A DNA stretch of 64,000 nucleotides, taken from a virus. The stretch is from IMG/VR virus record IMGVR_UViG_3300020607_000001, positions 7,967 through 71,966 of that record; one strand, written 5' to 3'. Shown piece after piece: positions 55,811 to 64,000 of this stretch (position 1 is its first letter; each line of letters starts with the position of its first letter). Position numbers and translations under genes: made by a program. The notes below the pieces were generated by a model. It was not told the origin of the DNA. It saw nothing but the letters and a program-made list of their open reading frames with translations, and did not search any database.

Positions 55811-58447
55811 ATGAACTACGAGATACTGGGAACCGGGCTGCCAGCTCGGATTGCCATCCTTACCCCACGAATTCAGAAGAGCGAGATCAACAAGCACTAT
55901 TTCGACCCTCATCTTGCTACACTCGGTGAACAAGTGATGGTCTGTGATTTGTATCTCAATCGTTCGAAGAAGAAGACTCCTGCTGCTGAGATCAAAGAGT
56001 ACATCGAAGAACTGGCACCACATCTTATTGATGCCGGGATCGAATTGCTCGTTGTGAACCAGCCTGATTACTTCAAAGTCCTGACAAAGCAGGCCAAAAC
56101 CGATGCCAATATCGGTGATGTGCTTGATGGTCCGGGTGGCTTCAAGGTCACCTACATCCCGAACTATGCTCGGATCTTCCATGATCCGGACAAAACCAAA
56201 GCACGAATTGCTTCAGGGATGGATGCCGTGGTTCGATGGACCAAAGGCGACACAACAAAGACCGGAACCGACATCATCAACTTCGAAGCCTATCCGTCAA
56301 CGACACAGGATAAGCTCAATTGGTTGGATAAGCTCCTGAAAATGGAGTGCGATCTGACCTGTGACATCGAAGGCTTTGACCTGAAGCACTTCAATGCCGG
56401 TATCGGTACGATCACATTCTGCTGGAATGAGCACGAAGGCGTGGCCTTCGAGATCGACAACTGCTCAACCAAAGAAGAAAACGTCATCATGCGTGAAGCT
56501 CTAAAGCGTTTTTTCGAGACGTTCGAGCATCGGATGATCTATCACAACATCTGCTATGACGTTTATGTCCTGATTTATCAACTATTTATGGATAACCTTC
56601 TGGATCAGGAAGGTCTTCTCTATGGTTTGGAGGTCATGCTGAAGAGCTGGGAATGTACCCAGATCATCACGTATCTAGCCACCAACTCCTGTGCTGGTAA
56701 CGAGCTGGGTCTGAAGGTTCAGGCTCAAGAGTTCGCAGGCAACTATGCAGTGGAAGACATCCACGACATTACCCAGATCCCTCTGGATAAGTTGTTGAAA
56801 TACAACCTGATTGACGGTCTTTCAACATGGTACGTGTACAACAAGCACTATGACACCATGATCGCTGACGATCAGGAACGTGTCTATGTCGAGATCTTCA
56901 AGCAATCTGTGATCGACATCATTCAGATGCAACTCACTGGCTTGCCGGTGAACATGGAAAAAGTCGTGGCTTTGGATAAGCAGCTCAATACTGAAAGCCA
57001 AACCAACGTGGACAAAATGGCGAAGACCCGTACCGTCCGTGGCTTTATGACAGTGCTCGAAGATGAGACGCTGGCCAAGAAGAACGAGAAACTGAAGACG
57101 AAAGTCGTCACTCGTGCTGATCTTGGTTCAACCAATGATCTGACAGTCGAGTTCAATCCGAACAGTGACCCTCAACTACGAAGGATCTTGTACGGCAAGG
57201 ACTTCCTGAGCCTGCCAGAGATTGACTTCACCAAGACAGGCTTGCCCTCAACTGGTGCTGAGACGCTGGAAAAGCTCCTCAATCACACCTCCTTGGAGGA
57301 GACCAAGGAGTTCCTGAACATCCTGTTGGAGTTCAAGGCGTCTGCAATCATCATCAGCACGTTCCTCCCGGCCTTCCTGAAGGCAGAACGTGGTCCTGAC
57401 GGTTGGCACTACCTATTTGGCAACTTCCGCCTTGGTGGGACGCTCAGTGGCCGTCTGTCCTCAAATAACCCCAATCTCCAGAACATTCCAAGTTCTGCTG
57501 GTGCTCCTCTGAAGAAGAGACTTGCCAAGCTGATCAAGGAATGCTTTGAAGCACCTCCCGGATGGATCTTCTGTGGACTGGACTTCGACTCACTCGAAGA
57601 CCGGATCTCAGCTCTGACCACACGGGATCCTGAGAAGCTGAAGGTTTACACCGATGGCTACGATGGACACAGCTTGAGAGCCTACGGGTATTTCGGACAT
57701 GAGATGCCAGACATCGACCCCAACTCTGTGGACTCGATCAACAGCATCGCCAAGAAGTACAAAGGCTACCGTCAGGAGTCGAAGGCACCAACCTTCGCCC
57801 TGACCTATCAAGGGACGTTCCACACACTCATGAACAACTGTGGTTTCAGCAAAGAAAAAGCTCAGAGCATCGAGTCGAAGTACCAAGCAATGTACTCGGA
57901 TTCGATCAAGTGGGTCACCGACCGGCTTGAGAAGGCTACAGAAGACGGCTACGTCACTGTGGCGTTCGGTCTGAGGCTGAGAACACCTCTCCTGAAGCAA
58001 ACAATCCTCAATGTGGGTAAGACCCCCAAAGAGGCCGCTGCTGAAGGCAGAACAGCCGGTAACGCGATGGGCCAGTCCTATTGCATGTTGAACAACCGTG
58101 CTGCCTCTGAGTTCATGGGGAAAGTCCGGAAGTCGAAGCATCGACTCGACATCAAACCATGTGCTCATATCCATGATGCTCAATACTACCTTGTCCGTGA
58201 CGAGGGATCTATGGAGCCTCTGATGTACATGAACGAGCATCTGCCCAAAGCAGTTGCTTGGCAGGATGATCCTGAGATCTATCATGATCAGGTGAAACTG
58301 TCCGGCTCGGTCGAGATCTATTGGCCAAACTGGAACCATGGATTTGATATTCCAAATTCGTGTTCTGAAACTGAAATCATTGGTTGCATCCAAAAGCACC
58401 ATGAAGACCTCAAGAAAGAAGGAAAACATCCATGTCAGATAAAGTAA
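55811..58447 (+). CDS. Family A DNA polymerase with 3'-5' exonuclease
   Basis: CDIEG, YHN..YD, YNLID, GTLSGRLSS.NPNLQNIP, DFDSLE, RQESKAPTFALTYQG, IHDA. Confidence 0.95.
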   Translation: MNYEILGTGLPARIAILTPRIQKSEINKHYFDPHLATLGEQVMVCDLYLNRSKKKTPAAEIKEYIEELAPHLIDAGIELLVVNQPDYFKVLTKQAKTDANIGDVLDGPGGFKVTYIPNYARIFHDPDKTKARIASGMDAVVRWTKGDTTKTGTDIINFEAYPSTTQDKLNWLDKLLKMECDLTCDIEGFDLKHFNAGIGTITFCWNEHEGVAFEIDNCSTKEENVIMREALKRFFETFEHRMIYHNICYDVYVLIYQLFMDNLLDQEGLLYGLEVMLKSWECTQIITYLATNSCAGNELGLKVQAQEFAGNYAVEDIHDITQIPLDKLLKYNLIDGLSTWYVYNKHYDTMIADDQERVYVEIFKQSVIDIIQMQLTGLPVNMEKVVALDKQLNTESQTNVDKMAKTRTVRGFMTVLEDETLAKKNEKLKTKVVTRADLGSTNDLTVEFNPNSDPQLRRILYGKDFLSLPEIDFTKTGLPSTGAETLEKLLNHTSLEETKEFLNILLEFKASAIIISTFLPAFLKAERGPDGWHYLFGNFRLGGTLSGRLSSNNPNLQNIPSSAGAPLKKRLAKLIKECFEAPPGWIFCGLDFDSLEDRISALTTRDPEKLKVYTDGYDGHSLRAYGYFGHEMPDIDPNSVDSINSIAKKYKGYRQESKAPTFALTYQGTFHTLMNNCGFSKEKAQSIESKYQAMYSDSIKWVTDRLEKATEDGYVTVAFGLRLRTPLLKQTILNVGKTPKEAAAEGRTAGNAMGQSYCMLNNRAASEFMGKVRKSKHRLDIKPCAHIHDAQYYLVRDEGSMEPLMYMNEHLPKAVAWQDDPEIYHDQVKLSGSVEIYWPNWNHGFDIPNSCSETEIIGCIQKHHEDLKKEGKHPCQIK

Positions 58448-58695
58448 ATGGACTGCCTGTAGCTGGCTACAAAGCCCAGTCCCAAAACAACGTGATCGCC
58501 GTGAACGCCAACAAGATCACAGAGGAGAAAATTCTCCGTCTGATGGACCGTATGAAAGACGATCCTGAAGTCGATCAACGTTGGCTTGCGATTGCCCGGA
58601 CAGATCTTGAAAAAGGCTTCATGGCCTTGAACCGTTCGATCTTCAAGCCGGGTCGTGTTCGTCTCAGCATTGATGACGAGGAGTCCCGCTCATGA
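58432..58695 (+). CDS. acb2: Acb2-family cyclic-oligonucleotide sponge (anti-CBASS)
   Basis: VAGYK.QS...VNANK..EE...RWLAIARTDLEKGFMALNRSIFKP parallels Acb2 IKGYR...N..K...[24 protein letters not shown]. Confidence 0.8.
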   Translation: MSDKVNGLPVAGYKAQSQNNVIAVNANKITEEKILRLMDRMKDDPEVDQRWLAIARTDLEKGFMALNRSIFKPGRVRLSIDDEESRS

Positions 58696-59687
58696 AGAAG
58701 GTCACCAATGACCACGGGATCGACCTTCCTATTGCTGTGTGGCTGTTACAAAACGGCTACAACAGCGGGGCTTCTGAAGCTCCAGAGGGAGAGTTGATCT
58801 CTGTCACAGGTCTCATGAAACCAACAAGACAGCTCATCCTCGGTCGTCAGGTGAATACCGAAGACGAAGAGATGGATGTCAGTGACATGATTGCTTCCCG
58901 GATGGGACACGGTCTCCACCAGTCCATCGAAGAAGCATGGACCAAGGGTGACTGGCAGGGTGCTATGAAGCGCCTTGGTTATCCCCAGAAGATCATCGAC
59001 AAGATCAAGATCAACCCTGACCCGAAGACGGTCAAAAAGGGTGATATCCCGATCTATCTCGAACAGCGTGGCTTCCTCCCAATCGGGGACATTATTCTGA
59101 CTGGACAGTTGGACTTTTCAATCGACGGTGCCTACCGTGATGTCAAATCCACATCCACATTCTCCTACACCTCCGGGTCAAAGGATCAGGACTATATCCT
59201 TCAGGGGTCGATGTACCGTCTGATCATGCCAGCGTTCATCTGGAAGGATCAAATGCGGATTGAATTCATCTTCACCGATTGGCAGAAATTCATGGCCAAG
59301 CAAAATCCGAACTACCCACAAACCCGTGTTGTGCATCAAGAGTACGCTCTGATGTCACGCGAAGACACGGAACAGTGGGTGATGGACAAGCTGGCCGACA
59401 TCCGAAACAATGCAGCATTCACCTTCAAACAGGATCGTCTTATCCGTTGTACGGACAAGGAACTGTGGAAAGGCGACGACAAATTCAAGTATTACGCCAA
59501 AGAGGAGACCGCCAAGAAGGGTGGTCGTGCCTCGAAGGTGTTTGACAGCTTGGTAGATGCTACAGCCCACCAACAACAAGCAGGCAAAGGCGTTGTCGTC
59601 ACCTTCCCCGGTGAAGTCAAAGCATGTGAGTATTGCCCTGCTTTCTCGGTTTGTGAACAACGGAAGGAGTATTTCCCTGATGTCTAA
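58692..59687 (+). CDS. PD-(D/E)XK / Cas4-like exonuclease (N4 gp42-like)
   Basis: ISVTGLMKP, G.GLH..IE, YLEQR, GQLD...DVKST, YILQGSMY, CEYCP...C. Confidence 0.85.
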   Translation: MKKVTNDHGIDLPIAVWLLQNGYNSGASEAPEGELISVTGLMKPTRQLILGRQVNTEDEEMDVSDMIASRMGHGLHQSIEEAWTKGDWQGAMKRLGYPQKIIDKIKINPDPKTVKKGDIPIYLEQRGFLPIGDIILTGQLDFSIDGAYRDVKSTSTFSYTSGSKDQDYILQGSMYRLIMPAFIWKDQMRIEFIFTDWQKFMAKQNPNYPQTRVVHQEYALMSREDTEQWVMDKLADIRNNAAFTFKQDRLIRCTDKELWKGDDKFKYYAKEETAKKGGRASKVFDSLVDATAHQQQAGKGVVVTFPGEVKACEYCPAFSVCEQRKEYFPDV

Positions 59688-61836
59688 TTTCTATGATTTG
59701 GATGTCATCGAACAAACCCCACACCACCAAGCAATGACGGACCTCGTTGACTTGCTGTGCCACCGTACTGGAAACGTCAATCGTGACTTCTTTCAGGCGG
59801 AGGTGGCCTATTTCTTGGGCCTAATCCCATCCTCCATGCGAGTGACGATTGCCAGCAAAGAACGGGGAACCATCCCGATCAATATCTATTCGATTGGTTT
59901 GGCTACGTCGGGCTTTGGTAAGGGGCATTCGGTGAGCATCTTGGAAGAGGTTCTGCAAGACTTTCGCGAGAACTTCATGGGATCCACGTTTGGACAGTTG
60001 GCTGAAACTAACCTGTTCAATCTCGCTGTGGACATCGCTGCTGCCAAAGGCGGCGACGAACAAAAAGAACTGAAAGCATTGGAGGCTGACTTCAAACGTC
60101 AGGGCCATGCTCCGTTCATCTTTGACTCCGGCACTGGTCCGGCTGTCAAACAGCTACGCTACAAGCTCCTCCTGTCAGGTGCAGGCTCGATCAACTTCCA
60201 AATGGATGAGATCGGCTCCAACCTTCAGGGTAACACAGAGGTGATCAACACCCTGTTGGAGCTTTATGACCTTGGCAAGATCAAAGCCAAGCTCGTGAAG
60301 AACACCCCGGACAATGAACGGGGTCTCGACATCGCAGGTTCGACACCATCGAACGTCTTGATGTTTGGCACCAGCTCGAAACTCTTCGACGGTTCCAAGG
60401 TCGAGGAGGAGTTCTACTCCTTCTTGGCAACAGGATATGCACGTCGCTGCTTCTTCGGCATCGGTAAACCAACCGAAGCATTGAAGACTGTGCAGCCCGA
60501 AGACGTGTATGACAGCTTGGTTTCTCAGAACCAGTCTCAAGCACTCAACCGGTGGAAAAACGCCCTCGGTAAGTTTGCAGACCCTCGCTACCATGGGATC
60601 GAACTTCAGGTTCCAAAGGAAGTGGGTGTCGAGCTGGTGGCCTATCGTCTCCAATGTGAGGCACTGGCCAATGATATGCCTGAACACGAAGAAATCCGGA
60701 AGGCTGAATTGTCTCACCGGTACTTCAAAGCTCTGAAGCTGGCAGGTGTCTACGCATTCATTGATGAGTCGATTGACATCACCATCGCCCATGTCCGTCA
60801 GGCCATCAAAGTGGCTGAAGAGTCTGGCTCTTCGTTCGAGAAACTGCTCACCCGTGAGCGGAACTTCGTGCGACTGGCCAAGTACATTTCGGCCTCTGCT
60901 GATAACCTGACCCATGCTGATCTGGTTGAAGATCTCCCATATTACCCAACTAGCACCACAGCTCGTAAGGAGATCATGGATCTGGCAATGGCTTGGGGCG
61001 TATCGAACCATGTGGTCATCACGAAGAAAGTCGTGCAACAGGTTGAATTCTTTAGCGGATCTACGCTTGAAGAGACAGACCTGAACAAGCTCAGCTTCTC
61101 TTTCTCCGACCACTTCGCCTATGACTATGAGCCACAGGCTCAACCACTCGATAAGCTGCCTCTGCTGCTGGATCAACCTGATCTGCACTGGGCGAACCAC
61201 CGCTTCGACAAGAAGCACCGGAGCGAAGACAACGTTATTCCGGGGTTCAACATGCTGGTGGTTGATGTCGATGGAGGCATCCAGCTTGAAGCAGTCAAAG
61301 AGCTGCTGGCTGATTACACCTTCATCACGGCCACAACAAAGCGTCACTCCGACGAAAAGAACCGGTTTCGGCTGATCATGCCGACCAACTATGTTCTGAC
61401 GTTGGACAAAGACGACTACAAGGAGTTCATGAACTCTTTCTTGATGTGGCTTCCATTTGAGTCGGATGCTTCTGCGAACCAACGTTCAAAGAAGTGGATG
61501 ACCTGTGAAGGCTCAGAGGTTCACGTTAACCGTGGTCCTCAAGTCATTGATGTCCTACCGTTTATCCCGAAAACCAAGCAGAACAACGAGTACGTTCAGT
61601 CCGTGGCAGACCTCGGAAATCTGGACAATCTCGAACGCTGGTTCTTGAACCACATGGAAGCAGGCAACCGCAACAACACGCTGTTGAATTACGCCATGAT
61701 GTTGAAAGATGCAGGGATGGGCTACGATGAGCTGGAAGGCAAAGTCTTGGAGATCAACCAGAAATCATCATCGCCACTGAAGAAGGATGAGGTTCAATCC
61801 ACCATCCTGAAATCAGTTGCACAGAAAATGGCATAG
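59680..61836 (+). CDS. DNA primase (N4 gp43-like; DUF3987 + PriCT)
   Basis: SGFGKG, MDEIGSNL, GYARRC, VVDVDGG, TTKRH, GNRNNTL. Confidence 0.88.
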   Translation: MSNFYDLDVIEQTPHHQAMTDLVDLLCHRTGNVNRDFFQAEVAYFLGLIPSSMRVTIASKERGTIPINIYSIGLATSGFGKGHSVSILEEVLQDFRENFMGSTFGQLAETNLFNLAVDIAAAKGGDEQKELKALEADFKRQGHAPFIFDSGTGPAVKQLRYKLLLSGAGSINFQMDEIGSNLQGNTEVINTLLELYDLGKIKAKLVKNTPDNERGLDIAGSTPSNVLMFGTSSKLFDGSKVEEEFYSFLATGYARRCFFGIGKPTEALKTVQPEDVYDSLVSQNQSQALNRWKNALGKFADPRYHGIELQVPKEVGVELVAYRLQCEALANDMPEHEEIRKAELSHRYFKALKLAGVYAFIDESIDITIAHVRQAIKVAEESGSSFEKLLTRERNFVRLAKYISASADNLTHADLVEDLPYYPTSTTARKEIMDLAMAWGVSNHVVITKKVVQQVEFFSGSTLEETDLNKLSFSFSDHFAYDYEPQAQPLDKLPLLLDQPDLHWANHRFDKKHRSEDNVIPGFNMLVVDVDGGIQLEAVKELLADYTFITATTKRHSDEKNRFRLIMPTNYVLTLDKDDYKEFMNSFLMWLPFESDASANQRSKKWMTCEGSEVHVNRGPQVIDVLPFIPKTKQNNEYVQSVADLGNLDNLERWFLNHMEAGNRNNTLLNYAMMLKDAGMGYDELEGKVLEINQKSSSPLKKDEVQSTILKSVAQKMA

Positions 61837-61844
61837 GAGACAGC

Positions 61845-62600
61845 ATGTCAGCAGAACACCCAAAGAGCATTATGATCTGCGGGGAGAGTGGCCACGGTAA
61901 GTCGGCTTCTCTCCTCGGCATCAAAGATCGTTCCGATGTGCTCTACCTCAACTGTGAGAACGGTAAACCATTGCCGTTCAAGAACAAATTCAAGAAGAAG
62001 ACCATCACTGACCCTGAAGACATCATCGACTTCATCGACCAATTGGCCGAAATGGGCAGCGAAACACCGTACAAATTCGTTGTGATCGACACCGTGTCGT
62101 TCATGATGGACATGTTCGAACGTGTTCACGTGATGGGATCTGCCAACTCACAGGCAATGTGGGGCCAATATGGCATGTTCTTCCCACGTCTCATGGACGC
62201 CACTGGTGCCTGTGAAGACATCTTCTTCATCTTCTTGGGTCACCTCGACTCATACCTCGACGAAGACGAAGGGATGATGAAATACAAGGTTCCCGTCAAG
62301 GGTGCATTGGCGAAGAAAGGTCTCGAAGCCTTCTTCACAACAGTGGTTTACGTGAAGCGTATGCGTACCAAGGACATCGTGAAAGCGATCCCCAACGGTA
62401 ACTCCATGCTGAAGGTGACCACCAAAGAGGAGGCACAGGGCTACAAGCACGTGTTCCTCACTGAACCGGACAAGAGCACCATTGGTGGTCGTATTCGCAG
62501 CCCTCTGGGGATGTGGGAAGACGATGAAGGTTACATCGACAACGATGTCTCCCATGTCCTGAAACGCCTGATCGACTATTACGCAGAAGACGACGAGTAA
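61845..62600 (+). CDS. Sak4-like AAA ATPase (N4 gp44-like)
   Basis: GESGHGKS, NCENGKPLPF, VVIDT, RIRSPLGM. Confidence 0.85.
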   Translation: MSAEHPKSIMICGESGHGKSASLLGIKDRSDVLYLNCENGKPLPFKNKFKKKTITDPEDIIDFIDQLAEMGSETPYKFVVIDTVSFMMDMFERVHVMGSANSQAMWGQYGMFFPRLMDATGACEDIFFIFLGHLDSYLDEDEGMMKYKVPVKGALAKKGLEAFFTTVVYVKRMRTKDIVKAIPNGNSMLKVTTKEEAQGYKHVFLTEPDKSTIGGRIRSPLGMWEDDEGYIDNDVSHVLKRLIDYYAEDDE

Positions 62601-62656
62601 TCACTCTTCTTCTTTGGTTTCGACCAAGCAAACTCTCATGAAACAAGGAAATCCAC

Positions 62657-63469
62657 ATGAGCAACATTTTCGCAAACAAAAAGAGCGTCAAATCCGAGAA
62701 GGTCGAAGACGACTTCATCGGTGGTGGCGGCGTCCTTGACACGGACATCTATCTAGCAACTGTCAAATACGCCTATCTGGGCAAAGCTGCCAACTCCGAC
62801 GCACGCAACCTGACTCTGAGCCTGATGATCAATGGTAAAGAAGTCACCAAGTCGATCTGGATGACGAACCGCAATGGCGATGTCACCTACAAAGACAAGC
62901 GTTCCGGCGAAGAGAAGAACCTTCCGGGCTACAACCAAGTCAACGGCTTGGCCATGCTGCTCCTGAGCCGTGAAATCGGTGAACTGGACGTGGAAGAGAA
63001 GACTCTGAACCTGTACGACTTCGACGCCAAGAAAGAGCTGCCACAGGCAGTTGACTGCTTCGTCGAGCTGCACGGTCTTGAACTTCAGGTCGCTGTTCAG
63101 CGTCAGACTGTTGACAAGAACGCGAAGAACGAAAGCACCGGCAACTACGAACCAACGGGCGAAACACGTGACGAAAACGAATTCGTCAAGTTCTTCCCAG
63201 CGGAACGTCTGGTCACGATTTCTGAGGTTGCTCAGTTTGTGAAAAGCCTCGGCGGTGACTTCAATGAAGTTCTGGGAGACGGTGAGATCGCAAAAGCGAT
63301 TGCCAACATGGAAGACGACGGTGACTATGCAGCCAAATGGCTGGAGAAGAACCGTGGCAACGTCTGGGACAAGTCGAAAGGCAAGTCTGAAGGCAAAGCC
63401 TTCGGTGGTGGTAAGTCGTCAGGCGGTGGCGGCGACTCCAAGAAGAAATCATCCCTGTTTGACGATTGA
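62657..63469 (+). CDS. ssb: N4-type single-stranded DNA-binding protein / late activator (gp45-like)
   Basis: LPGY, YDFDAKKE, TGETRDENE..KFF, C-terminal KKKSSLF; synteny. Confidence 0.85.
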   Translation: MSNIFANKKSVKSEKVEDDFIGGGGVLDTDIYLATVKYAYLGKAANSDARNLTLSLMINGKEVTKSIWMTNRNGDVTYKDKRSGEEKNLPGYNQVNGLAMLLLSREIGELDVEEKTLNLYDFDAKKELPQAVDCFVELHGLELQVAVQRQTVDKNAKNESTGNYEPTGETRDENEFVKFFPAERLVTISEVAQFVKSLGGDFNEVLGDGEIAKAIANMEDDGDYAAKWLEKNRGNVWDKSKGKSEGKAFGGGKSSGGGGDSKKKSSLFDD

Positions 63470-63498
63470 TCGACAGGTGGTTTCCTGAAGGTCTGAAG

Positions 63499-64000
63499 AT
63501 GGTAGCCGAGCATGAAGTTCGGCTGCCAACCATCATGGAGGTGTCAAAAAAGGTCCGTAAAGGCTTGAATTTGAACATCTATCGCAACCTTCACCATCAC
63601 AGCCTCAACACTCAGAAACAGAACTTCCATGAAGATGTGAAGCATCTGGTAGAAAATCTGCCCAAGGCTGCCAAGATCTGGATCCACTACCAGATTTTCG
63701 CCCCTACAAAGGGTCGATTGGACACGATGAATGTTGGGTCAGTCGTTGACAAATACTTCAGCGACACGCTCGTAGAAGCCGGAATGATCGAAGATGATGA
63801 CTACACCCGTGTGGTCTTCAACTCTTTCTCTTTTGGTGGTGTTCGGAAAATGGACGGACACGCAATCGCAACCATTCACATTTTAGAAGAGGAAACGCCC
63901 ATGCGGGTACTCTTGGACCAAGATGACATCCAAACTGCACTGACAGCCCATGTTGAAACCATGGGTATTCCCGGTGCAACTGGTGTCAAGATCGAGGCTA
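63499..64000 (+). CDS. RusA-like resolvase (N4 gp46-like) continuing in frame into a gp47-like region; partial
   Basis: Read manually: LNLNIYRN...RLDTMNVGSVVDKYFSDTLVEAGMIEDDD, no stop before the window end. Alternative TTG start at 63466. Confidence 0.8.
   Translation, partial: MVAEHEVRLPTIMEVSKKVRKGLNLNIYRNLHHHSLNTQKQNFHEDVKHLVENLPKAAKIWIHYQIFAPTKGRLDTMNVGSVVDKYFSDTLVEAGMIEDDDYTRVVFNSFSFGGVRKMDGHAIATIHILEEETPMRVLLDQDDIQTALTAHVETMGIPGATGVKIEA

Noticed and set aside
51621-58447. Introns or inteins in nrdJ, helicase or DNA polymerase
   Set aside because: ORFs are continuous and of normal length, with no intein or homing-endonuclease motifs.
58692-59687. CRISPR-Cas association of the Cas4-like nuclease
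   Set aside because: No repeat-spacer array or other cas genes seen; it occupies the N4 core gp42 position.

Overview
This window covers most of a lytic N4-like (Schitoviridae) phage genome. Class II RNR plus thioredoxin in the replication block point to a Roseobacter-group/alphaproteobacterial host, which is inference. The minus strand of 1-20.75 kb is the N4 late block: the N-terminal ~1,070 codons of the virion RNA polymerase (absent from the ORF track), ejection/tail proteins, major capsid, scaffold, portal, lysis cassette and terminases. At 20.8-24.0 kb is a plus-strand fibre/lectin module. At 24.2-25.5 kb are an HD hydrolase, a 57-nt tRNA/tmRNA-like RNA and a structured non-coding stretch that probably spans the physical genome ends. 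From 25.5 kb onward the plus strand carries early genes with three vRNAP-type promoters, gp2/Drc, the two-subunit RNAP II, nucleotide metabolism genes, an 11-gene structural island, rIIA/B, NrdJ, helicase, DNA polymerase, an Acb2-like anti-CBASS sponge, primase, SSB and a RusA-like gene. The most notable signals are: the mini tRNA-Ala/tmRNA-TLD mimic next to the HD hydrolase; a duplicated 'five-repeat protein + ~320-aa partner' fibre module; vRNAP promoters reduced to the GCGAAGC mini-hairpin; and strong CCWGG/GCGC/CGCG avoidance. All family assignments come from motif recognition and synteny by eye, not from database searches.
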